From IMG/VR virus record IMGVR_UViG_3300036944_000366, positions 1 through 62,536 of that record: DNA of 62,536 bases; one strand, written 5' to 3'. The number at the start of each line of letters is the position of its first letter. Position 1 is the stretch's first letter. The translations under genes and the position numbers were made by a program. The notes below the pieces were generated by a model. It was not told where the DNA came from. It made no database searches and saw nothing but the letters and a program-made list of their open reading frames with translations. This DNA is from a virus (Duplodnaviria; Caudoviricetes). This document shows, piece by piece, positions 54,978 to 62,536 of the stretch.

Positions 54978-57476
54978 ATGGCAACGAACATTGACAAGGC
55001 GCTGTTCCAGCAGCCCACGGGCATCGCGGCGGCGGCAGCCGAAGCTGAGGAGCCAATTGAGATTGAGATTGTTGACCCTGAAGCCGTGCGCATTGACATG
55101 GGCGACTTGGAGATCGAGATGCGCGAAGCCGAGCCGTCGGCCGACGACTTTGATGCCAACTTGGCCGAGTACATGACCGACGGGGCCATGAGCACCATGG
55201 CTGGTGATCTGGCGGGCGACATCGACAACGACCGCAACAGCCGCAAGGACTGGGAGAAAGCCTACACGGAAGGCCTGAAACTGCTGGGCTTGCAGATCGA
55301 GGAGCGCACAGAGCCGTGGAACGGCGCATCGGGCGTGTTCCACCCGATGATTACTGAGGCCGTTGTAAGGTTCCAGTCAGAGACAATCACCGAGACGTTC
55401 CCGGCCAAGGGCCCTGTGCGCACAAAGATCGTGGGCAAGGAGACGCCAGAGAAGAAAGCCGCGGCTTCCCGTGTGGAAGAGGACATGAACTTCCAGCTCA
55501 CCGAGAACATGCACGAGTTCCGGCCTGAGCACGAGCGCATGCTGTGGAGCCTCCCGGCCACCGGTTCAGCGTTCAAGAAGGTCTACTTTGACCCCAGCTT
55601 GGCGCGTCAGGTGTCGATCTTTATCCCCGCCGAGGACATCTTGCTGCCCTACGGCACCTCCGACATCCAGACTTGCTACCGCGTCACGCACCAGATGCGC
55701 AAGACGAAAAACGAGATCGTCAAGCTCCAGCAAGCCGGGTTCTACCTCGACGTGGACATCGGGGAGCCGGACAAAGCGATCAGTGAGATCAACAAAGCCA
55801 AGGACAAAGAGACCGGGTTCAGTGACCTGAACGACGAGCGCTTCACGCTGTACGAGTGCCACGTGGACTTGGACCTCAAAGGCTTTGAGGACGAGGATGA
55901 GGATGGTGAGCCCACAGGCATCGCGCTGCCTTACGTGGTGACGTTCATCCGTGGCACAAACACCGTGCTGTCCATCCGCCGCAACTGGCGCGAGGACGAC
56001 GAGCTCAAACTCAAGCGCCAGCACTTCGTGCACTACCAGTACATCCCCGGCTTCGGTGCGTACGGCTTCGGTCTGTTCCACCTGATCGGCGGGTTTGCCA
56101 AGTCGGCCACCAGCTTGATGCGCCAGTTGATCGACGCTGGCACATTGAGCAACTTGCCCGGTGGTTTGAAGTCCCGTGGCCTGCGCATCAAGGGCGACGA
56201 CACACCGATTGCTCCGGGCGAGTTCCGCGACGTGGACGTGGGCTCGGGCACGATCCGCGACAACATCTTACCGCTGCCTTACAAAGAGCCAAGTCAAGTT
56301 CTGATGGCGTTGCTGGGCAACGTGGTGGAAGAGGGGCGTCGTTTTGCCGCAACAGCGGACATGAAGATCAGCGACATGGGCGCGAATGCGCCTGTGGGCT
56401 CCACGCTGGCACTGCTGGAGCGCCAGTTGAAAGTCATGACGGCCGTCCAAGCCCGAGTGCACTTTGCCCTGAAGCAAGAGCTGCAACTGCTGGCTACCAT
56501 CATCCGCGACTACACGGACGACGAGTACACCTACGAGCCCGACGGCGAAGAGGGCCCCAAGGCCAAGGCGGCGGACTACCGTCACGTGGACGTGTTGCCC
56601 GTGAGCGACCCCAACGCAGCGACTCTCAGCCAGCGCGTGGTTCAGTACCAAGCCGTCATCCAGATGGCGCAGATGGCTCCGGACATTTACGACCTGCCGC
56701 AGTTGCACCGCGGCATGCTGGAGGTGCTGGGTATCAAGCATGCGGACAAGCTCGTGCCGCTGGAGGAGGACTTGAAACCCACCGACCCGGTCACCGAGAA
56801 CCAGCACGTGCTCAAGGGCGAGCCTGTCAAGGCGTTCCTGCACCAAGACCACCAGTCGCACATTCAGGTGCACATGTCAATGTTGCAGAACCCCACCATC
56901 ATGCAGCTGATTGGCCAGAACCCACGGGCTCCGATGATCCAAGCGGCGTTGACGGCACACGTGGCCGAGCACGTTGGCTTCATGATGCGCCAGCAAGTCG
57001 AGCAACAACTGGGCCTGCCACTGCCGCCCGAAGGCGAGCAGCTGCCACCGAACGTGGAGATCGCACTGTCGGCCATGATGGCGCAGGCTTCCCAGCAGGT
57101 GCTCATGCAAGACCAAGCCAAGGCCGCTCAGCAGCAAGCCCAGCAGCAACAGCAAGACCCCGTTGTCCAGATGCAGATGCAAGAGTTGCAGCTCAAGGCC
57201 AAAGAGGTCGAGCTCAAGGAAAAGAAAATCCTTGTGGACGCTGCCATTGCCGCCGACAAGCAAGAGCTGGAAGAGCAAAAAGTCTCTGGCAATCTGGAGC
57301 TGGAAGCCCTGCGCGTGGGGGCCCAGATCAACGAGAGCAAGAACAAAGCTCAGTTTGAACAAGAACGTGACGGCATCAAGCTCGGTGTCGACATCGCAAA
57401 GAGCAAAGCCCAGCAGCTTCAGCAGGCCATGGCCGCAGCCTCCCAAAGCGGTAAACAGGAGAAAAAACCTAAATGA
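54978..57476 (+). CDS. Portal protein
   Basis: Follows terL; HPMITEAVVRFQ, GSAFKKVYFD, GFGAYGFGL; Q-rich C-terminal coiled coil. Confidence 0.85.
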   Translation: MATNIDKALFQQPTGIAAAAAEAEEPIEIEIVDPEAVRIDMGDLEIEMREAEPSADDFDANLAEYMTDGAMSTMAGDLAGDIDNDRNSRKDWEKAYTEGLKLLGLQIEERTEPWNGASGVFHPMITEAVVRFQSETITETFPAKGPVRTKIVGKETPEKKAAASRVEEDMNFQLTENMHEFRPEHERMLWSLPATGSAFKKVYFDPSLARQVSIFIPAEDILLPYGTSDIQTCYRVTHQMRKTKNEIVKLQQAGFYLDVDIGEPDKAISEINKAKDKETGFSDLNDERFTLYECHVDLDLKGFEDEDEDGEPTGIALPYVVTFIRGTNTVLSIRRNWREDDELKLKRQHFVHYQYIPGFGAYGFGLFHLIGGFAKSATSLMRQLIDAGTLSNLPGGLKSRGLRIKGDDTPIAPGEFRDVDVGSGTIRDNILPLPYKEPSQVLMALLGNVVEEGRRFAATADMKISDMGANAPVGSTLALLERQLKVMTAVQARVHFALKQELQLLATIIRDYTDDEYTYEPDGEEGPKAKAADYRHVDVLPVSDPNAATLSQRVVQYQAVIQMAQMAPDIYDLPQLHRGMLEVLGIKHADKLVPLEEDLKPTDPVTENQHVLKGEPVKAFLHQDHQSHIQVHMSMLQNPTIMQLIGQNPRAPMIQAALTAHVAEHVGFMMRQQVEQQLGLPLPPEGEQLPPNVEIALSAMMAQASQQVLMQDQAKAAQQQAQQQQQDPVVQMQMQELQLKAKEVELKEKKILVDAAIAADKQELEEQKVSGNLELEALRVGAQINESKNKAQFEQERDGIKLGVDIAKSKAQQLQQAMAAASQSGKQEKKPK

Positions 57477-57667
57477 TCCAAGACTTCGCACGCGTATTGC
57501 GCGAAAAAATACGCACCGACATGAACAACTACGCCGATGACATGGCTGGTGGGGCATGCCGCAACTATGACGATTACCAAAAACTCTGCGGAATCATTCA
57601 GGGTCTTGCGACCGCAGAGCGTTATCTCCTAGACCTTGCAGAGAAAGTTGAGCAATCAGATGAGTGA
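57473..57667 (+). CDS. Small head-module protein
   Basis: YDDYQKLCGIIQGL; overlaps neighbours. Confidence 0.7.
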   Translation: MIQDFARVLREKIRTDMNNYADDMAGGACRNYDDYQKLCGIIQGLATAERYLLDLAEKVEQSDE

Positions 57668-58094
57668 AATCATTCTGCCTCCGGGCATTACCCTGCCTGC
57701 CCACATCCAGCCCCTCGACACCCCAGACGAGACGGCGGACAGCGAAACCAAAGCATCGGCGCTGCCTATCCCCACGGGATACAAGCTGCTGTGCATCGTG
57801 CCCGAGGTCGATGAAAAGATCGCCGGTACGAGCCTCGACCTCGTTCGAGATGCGGCGACCATGCGAGCCGAAGAACATGCCACAACCGTGTTGTTCGTCA
57901 TGCGGGTCGGACCAGACGCGTACAAAGACACCGCCAAGTTCCCATCAGGTGCATGGTGCAAGGAAGGTGATTTTGTTCTCGTGCGTACCTACACCGGTAC
58001 GCGATTCAAGGTGTTTGGTAAAGAGTTCAGGGTGCTGAACGACGACCAAATTGAGTGTGTTGTGCAAGACCCTCGCGGTTATACCCGCGCATGA
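57660..58094 (+). CDS. groES: GroES-like co-chaperonin
   Basis: PTGYKLL...VMRVGPDAY...KEGDFVL...YTGTRF...EFRVLNDDQI. Confidence 0.8.
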   Translation: MSEIILPPGITLPAHIQPLDTPDETADSETKASALPIPTGYKLLCIVPEVDEKIAGTSLDLVRDAATMRAEEHATTVLFVMRVGPDAYKDTAKFPSGAWCKEGDFVLVRTYTGTRFKVFGKEFRVLNDDQIECVVQDPRGYTRA

Positions 58095-58104
58095 AGGAGT
58101 AAAA

Positions 58105-59046
58105 ATGGCTGAACCGTACAAGTTCCCCGACGAGATCGAGGACACTTCAATCGAGGTGACTACCGAAAGCGACGTTGAAGTCGAGATCGTTGATGACACC
58201 CCCGCGCAAGACAGAGGCCGCAAGCCTTTGGACCGCGAAGTGGCGGATCCCACGGAGGAAGAGATCGAGAATTACTCCGACAACGTCAAAAAGCGTATCA
58301 AGGACCTGACACACGCTCGCCACGACGAGCGCCGTGCCAAAGAGGCCCTGCTGCGTGAGAAAGAAGAGCTGGAGCGTCTTGCACAGCACATGCTGGCGGA
58401 GAACAACAGGCTCAAACAGACCGTGAATACGGGCAATGAGCAGTATGTGGCTTCCGTCAAGCAGATTGCAGACTCAGATGTCGAAAAAGCCCGCCGCGCT
58501 TTGAAAGAAGCGCAAGAGTCTTTTGACAACGAGGCCATCGCCACCGCATCAGAAGCATTGATGGATGCCAAGATGCGGGCGGAAAGTGTAAAAAATTATC
58601 GCCCCACCCCTTTACAGGTGGAAGAAACTGTTGTACAAACACGTCAACAGCAAGACAAAACGTCCCAAGTCGATGAAAAGACGCTGCGCTGGCAGGCAAA
58701 AAACCAGTGGTTTGGGGCTGACGGTTTTGAGGAACACACCAGCTTTGCACTAGGGCTGCACCAAAAACTAGTGAATTCGGGACTCGACCCCCGCTCTGAC
58801 GAATACTTCGAGAGAATCGACTCTCGCATGAAGTCAACATTCCCGGACGTGTTCGGAAATGAAGACCGGCCAAAATCCGGCGATGGCTCCCGACGACCTG
58901 CTTCTGTCGTGGCACCGGCGACTCGTTCGACTGGAGCTCGAAAAGTTCAACTAACCCCTACGCAAGTTGCGTTGGCAAAAAAGTACGGACTGACCCCGCA
59001 GCAATATGCTGTTGAAGTAGCAAAACTGGAGAAATCGAATGGCTGA
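58105..59046 (+). CDS. Putative scaffolding protein
   Basis: Acidic coiled coil; ends LTPTQVALAKKYGLTPQQYA. Confidence 0.7.
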   Translation: MAEPYKFPDEIEDTSIEVTTESDVEVEIVDDTPAQDRGRKPLDREVADPTEEEIENYSDNVKKRIKDLTHARHDERRAKEALLREKEELERLAQHMLAENNRLKQTVNTGNEQYVASVKQIADSDVEKARRALKEAQESFDNEAIATASEALMDAKMRAESVKNYRPTPLQVEETVVQTRQQQDKTSQVDEKTLRWQAKNQWFGADGFEEHTSFALGLHQKLVNSGLDPRSDEYFERIDSRMKSTFPDVFGNEDRPKSGDGSRRPASVVAPATRSTGARKVQLTPTQVALAKKYGLTPQQYAVEVAKLEKSNG

Positions 59047-59497
59047 AACAATTAACCGGAATCCCCGTACCCTTGAGGCACGCGATAAAACGACTCGTTA
59101 TGTGTATACACCTGCGAGTGCACTGCCTGATCCTACCCCTGAACCCGGTATGGTGTATCGCTGGATTGCGACACACGTACTTGGCGAAGCACAAAACACG
59201 AACGTGTCTACCAAGATGCGTGAAGGTTGGGAACCGGTCAAAGCAGTCGACCATCCGGAACTGATGCTGGAGGGTAATGCGAAAACTGGCAACGTCGAAC
59301 TCGGCGGTCTCATGCTCTGCAAGATGCCCCGTGAACGTGCGCAAGCCCGTGATGAGTATTACGCCAAACAAGCTCAGGCCCAGATGGAATCTGTTGATAA
59401 CAGTTTCATGCGAAACAATGACCCCCGCATGCCACTCTTCGCTGACCGCAAGTCAACGACCAGTCGCGGTGGCGGTTTTGGTTCTGGTTCAAAGTAA
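59039..59497 (+). CDS. Head-module hypothetical protein
   Basis: YRWIATH...REGWEPV...GGLMLCK. Confidence 0.75.
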   Translation: MAETINRNPRTLEARDKTTRYVYTPASALPDPTPEPGMVYRWIATHVLGEAQNTNVSTKMREGWEPVKAVDHPELMLEGNAKTGNVELGGLMLCKMPRERAQARDEYYAKQAQAQMESVDNSFMRNNDPRMPLFADRKSTTSRGGGFGSGSK

Positions 59498-59511
59498 CAA
59501 GGAGTCCTTAA

Positions 59512-60114
59512 ATGGCAACTACAGCTTCCGCTTACGGGCTGCGCCCCGTAAATCGTATCGACGGCATGCCTTATGCTGGCGCTACTTCTCAGTTCTTGGT
59601 TGATCCAGCAGGTCTGGCATCCAATCTGTTCTTCGGCCAAGTCGTTATTCTTAACGCCGCTGGCTACGTTGCTCTGTCAACCGCTACTGGCGCTGACTTG
59701 ACTACCAACAACCTTGGTGGTTCGAGTCTGGGTGCTCTCGGCGTGTTTGTCGGATGCTCTTACATCAACGCTCAAGGTCAGCAAATCTACGGCCAGTACT
59801 ACCCCTCCGGCACAACCGGCGTGGTAACTGCATACGTGGTTACTGATGACAGCGTGACTTTCCAAGCTCAACTGGACGGCGCTGCTGACCAGTCGGACCT
59901 CGGTGCAAACACTTTCTTCGCAGCCGTTCAGAGCACCAGCACTGGTTCTACCCAGACTGGTAACTCGACCAGCGCGTTGGAGTCCACCACCCAGACCGCT
60001 GCTGCCGCGTTCAAAATCATCGGCTTTGCATCCCCTGTGACTGACGCTTACCCAGACGTTCTGGTTAAGTTCAATCCCGGCGCACACGCCTTCTCTAACG
60101 CCGTCGGCATCTAA
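59512..60114 (+). CDS. Putative capsid decoration / minor head protein
   Basis: YGLRPV...GVFVGCSY; directly upstream of the capsid gene. Confidence 0.65.
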   Translation: MATTASAYGLRPVNRIDGMPYAGATSQFLVDPAGLASNLFFGQVVILNAAGYVALSTATGADLTTNNLGGSSLGALGVFVGCSYINAQGQQIYGQYYPSGTTGVVTAYVVTDDSVTFQAQLDGAADQSDLGANTFFAAVQSTSTGSTQTGNSTSALESTTQTAAAAFKIIGFASPVTDAYPDVLVKFNPGAHAFSNAVGI

Positions 60115-60125
60115 GGAGCTAAACC

Positions 60126-61055
60126 ATGGCTATTTCACGCGCACAACTGCTCAAAGAGCTGCTCCCCGGTCTGAACGCTTTGTTCGGTTTGGAATATGCA
60201 CGCTACGGCGAGCAACACAAAGAAATTTACGAAACAGAGAAATCTGAGCGTAGTTTCGAAGAAGAGACCAAGCTGTCCGGTTTTGGCGCTGCTCCTGTCA
60301 AGAACGAAGGCTCCGCCATCGCTTACGACAACGCGCAAGAAGCCTTCACTGCACGCTACACCCACGAAACCATCGCTTTGGGCTTCTCCATCACGGAAGA
60401 AGCTGTGGAAGACAACCTGTACGACAGTCTGTCTGCCCGCTACACCAAGGCGCTGGCTCGCGGTATGGCTTACACCAAGCAAGTTAAAGCTGCTTCGGTG
60501 TTGAACACTGGCTTTGCTGGCACCGCTCTGGGCGGCGACGGCGTGTCTTTGTTCGGTAACAACTCCAGCGGCACTCGCGTTGGTCATCCTTTGGTTGGCG
60601 GTGGTGTGAACTACAACAGCCCAACTACTGGCGTTGACTTGAACGAGACCTCGTTGGAAAACGCTACCATCCAGATCGCTGCGTGGACTGATGAACGCGG
60701 TCTGTTGATCGCTGCCAAGCCAGTCAAGCTGATTATCCCCCCATCATTGATGTTCGTTGCCAAGCGTTTGCTGGACACCGAACTGCGTGTTGGTACTGCT
60801 GACAACGACATCAACGCGTTGAAGCAAATGGGCACGATCTCTGGCGGCTACACCGTCAACAACTTCTTGACCGACAACAACGCTTGGTTCCTGACCACAG
60901 ACGTTCCAAACGGCTTGAAGCATTTCGAGCGTACCGCTCTGGCCACCTCCATGGATGGTGACTTCGACACAGGTAACGTCCGTTACAAGGCCCGCGAGCG
61001 TTATTCGTTCGGCTGGTCTGACCCATTGGGTATGTGGGGTTCTTCGGGCTCTTAA
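60126..61055 (+). CDS. Major capsid protein (Mu gpT-like)
   Basis: MAISRAQLLKELLPGL...LIIPPSL...FLTDNNAWFL...DFDTGNVRYKARERYSFGWSD. Confidence 0.9.
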   Translation: MAISRAQLLKELLPGLNALFGLEYARYGEQHKEIYETEKSERSFEEETKLSGFGAAPVKNEGSAIAYDNAQEAFTARYTHETIALGFSITEEAVEDNLYDSLSARYTKALARGMAYTKQVKAASVLNTGFAGTALGGDGVSLFGNNSSGTRVGHPLVGGGVNYNSPTTGVDLNETSLENATIQIAAWTDERGLLIAAKPVKLIIPPSLMFVAKRLLDTELRVGTADNDINALKQMGTISGGYTVNNFLTDNNAWFLTTDVPNGLKHFERTALATSMDGDFDTGNVRYKARERYSFGWSDPLGMWGSSGS

Positions 61056-61152
61056 TCCGGAATCAGTACGGTAGAGGTGACTGGCCTACCAGTTGTTTAC
61101 CCGTTGGCAACTTAAAAGGAAGTAACGGCATTGGGGTGAGAGACCCCAAACT

Positions 61153-61180
61153 AGGGCCCCCTCGGGGGCCCTTTTTATTT
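61153..61180 (+). terminator. Intrinsic terminator after the capsid gene
   Basis: AGGGCCCCC-TC-GGGGGCCCT followed by TTTTATTT. Confidence 0.85.
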
Positions 61181-61181
61181 G

Positions 61182-61210
61182 TTGCGCCTCTTTTTCTTTT
61201 GGTGTATATT
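61182..61210 (+). promoter_or_regulatory. Sigma70-type promoter
   Basis: TTGCGC-17-TATATT. Confidence 0.6.
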
Positions 61211-61219
61211 GCAAACACT

Positions 61220-61293
61220 CCCGGACTATCCGGTGTATCTGACGGCTCCGGGCCGACGTCATGCAGACAGATACGCCTTAACTGCATGAAGGA
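61220..61293 (+). ncRNA. Double-pseudoknot leader RNA (possibly the Mu-gpT-DE motif)
   Basis: Three interleaved helices of 6, 10 and 8 bp ending at the RBS. Confidence 0.65.
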
Positions 61294-61299
61294 AAAATC

Positions 61300-61833
61300 A
61301 TGGCTCAGACTACTTTCCAAGGCCCAGTTCGTTCGTTGGCTGGCTTCTACACCCAAGGCCCCGCTTCTGTAGTGAACTTGGCTAACGGCACCAACACAGT
61401 GACTCTGGATGTCGCCACATACGCGGGCAAGACCATCCGCACCAACGACGCTACGCTGGTCATCACGCTGCCCACCATCAACGCTACAGCCAATCCTGTG
61501 ACTTCTGGCCCCGGCCAAGACCCCAACACCGTGAACAACGTGGGCACAACCTACACGTTCGTGGTTGAGACTGCCGCAACGGCGTTGTCCATCGTCACTG
61601 ACGGTACAGACAAGTTTGTTGGCTCCATGCTGATGGTTGACACCGACAGCTCCGGCGCTGTGACAGCTTTTGCTCCCGCATCGACCAACGACGTCATCAC
61701 CTTCAACGGCACTACCACCGGTGGTATCGCTGGTTCGACCGTTACCGTGACTGTGTTGGCTGCCAACAAGTACATGGTGACTGGCGTGGCTCTGGCCTCT
61801 GGCTCTGTTGTCACCCCATTCGCTGACGCTTAA
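61300..61833 (+). CDS. Putative virion structural protein
   Basis: Thr/Gly/Val rich beta protein after the capsid gene. Confidence 0.75.
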   Translation: MAQTTFQGPVRSLAGFYTQGPASVVNLANGTNTVTLDVATYAGKTIRTNDATLVITLPTINATANPVTSGPGQDPNTVNNVGTTYTFVVETAATALSIVTDGTDKFVGSMLMVDTDSSGAVTAFAPASTNDVITFNGTTTGGIAGSTVTVTVLAANKYMVTGVALASGSVVTPFADA

Positions 61834-61842
61834 TTGATCTCG

Positions 61843-61862
61843 GGGGCTTCGGCCCCTGTTTT
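61843..61862 (+). terminator. UUCG hairpin / weak terminator
   Basis: GGGGC-TTCG-GCCCC-TGTTTT. Confidence 0.55.
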
Positions 61863-61876
61863 AAAGGAGATTGATT

Positions 61877-62392
61877 ATGACGATGCAAACCGATGTTCTC
61901 AGTGGCCACATACACCAGAGCGGCTACGTTGTTCAGCAGTTTCGTTCGCGGATTAAAGGTCTTTCGGTCAGGGGCACAGCCACTGCGGGAGAAATTGCGC
62001 TTTTCAGCACCGAAATAGACCCCGTTGCAGCTACCTATGCGCAGTCCGGAGCAACAGTCACCATAACTTCGACGGCGCACGGCTTGGTGACAGGCGACAC
62101 TGTTGGTATTTCTTACCAGCCCGGTACAGGCGGAGCCGCCACATCCGGCAACTATGTAGTTACACGCCTGACGGCCGACACGTTTACGGTTGTTAGCCCT
62201 AACCCAAACACGGTTACGGCAGGCGCAGTGTGTAACTACGTTTCTAACGGTACGTGGTTGATGACACTTGATCTGGCGGCAGGCGACACGTTTCAAAACT
62301 ACTTTCTCATCCCCGGGCAAGGTATTTTGTGTGTTCAGCAGTGCTACGCGCTGATGACCAACTTGAACACATGCACGGTGTTCTATGGCTAA
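61877..62392 (+). CDS. Putative virion structural protein
   Basis: AAGGAG RBS; VTITSTAHGLVTGDTV beta module, similar to one in the nozzle protein. Confidence 0.7.
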   Translation: MTMQTDVLSGHIHQSGYVVQQFRSRIKGLSVRGTATAGEIALFSTEIDPVAATYAQSGATVTITSTAHGLVTGDTVGISYQPGTGGAATSGNYVVTRLTADTFTVVSPNPNTVTAGAVCNYVSNGTWLMTLDLAAGDTFQNYFLIPGQGILCVQQCYALMTNLNTCTVFYG

Positions 62393-62536
62393 GACCGCAG
62401 CATGGACACGCAAAGAAGGCAAGTCCGAGAAGGGCGGCTTGAACGCGAAAGGGCGGGCGTCTTACAACAAGGCGAACCCCGGCAAGCCCGGCCTGAAGGC
62501 TCCCCAGCCCGAGGGCGGCAAACGCCGCGACTCTTT
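62385..62536 (+). CDS. 5' part of small basic protein (DUF6321-like) spanning the circular junction
   Basis: ATG at 62385 gives MAKTAAWTRKEGKSEKGGLNAKGRASY..., continuing in frame into ORF 30..230. Confidence 0.8.
   Translation, partial: MAKTAAWTRKEGKSEKGGLNAKGRASYNKANPGKPGLKAPQPEGGKRRDS
62410..62536. repeat. Exact terminal repeat (copy 2)
   Basis: Identical to 1-127. Confidence 0.95.

Noticed and set aside
62410-62536. 127-bp repeat as a biological direct terminal repeat
   Set aside because: It falls in the middle of a gene and its length equals a common assembler k-mer; best read as a circular overlap.
1-62536. tRNA genes, integrase/att sites, stop-codon reassignment
   Set aside because: No T-loop/cloverleaf or recombinase motifs seen by eye; core genes are full length under the standard code.

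Overview
The window is a complete, circularly permuted genome of a tailed dsDNA phage, about 62.4 kb. Bases 1-127 are repeated exactly at 62410-62536, most likely an assembly overlap. It has a podovirus-like layout in two arms. The + strand late arm (52839 through the end, wrapping to 27376) encodes terminase, portal, a GroES-like protein, scaffold, a Mu-gpT-like capsid, small basic proteins, adaptor/nozzle, fibres, a lysis cassette with a GH19 endolysin, and large putative ejection proteins. The - strand early/replication arm (52374 down to 27367) encodes a peptidase, RtcB, a modular accessory-gene array, glutaredoxin, PolA, nucleases, an SNF2 helicase, an SSB-like protein, an SPFH protein and a primase-DUF927 protein. 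No integrase, tRNA or CRISPR array was seen. Five features go beyond gene annotation. (1) A predicted ~90-nt sRNA starts from a promoter overlapping the late promoter, has its own terminator, and carries an extended anti-Shine-Dalgarno tract complementary to the shared RBS of many early genes. (2) Eight AGAGAGAA-N1-2-TTCTCTCT palindromes are clustered in the early region. (3) A hydrophobic/basic-x-x-G-G motif recurs at module junctions of many late proteins. (4) An accessory array is built from variable inserts bracketed by constant repeats. (5) There are structured RNA leaders and an origin-like inverted repeat. All family assignments come from motif recognition by eye; no searches were run.
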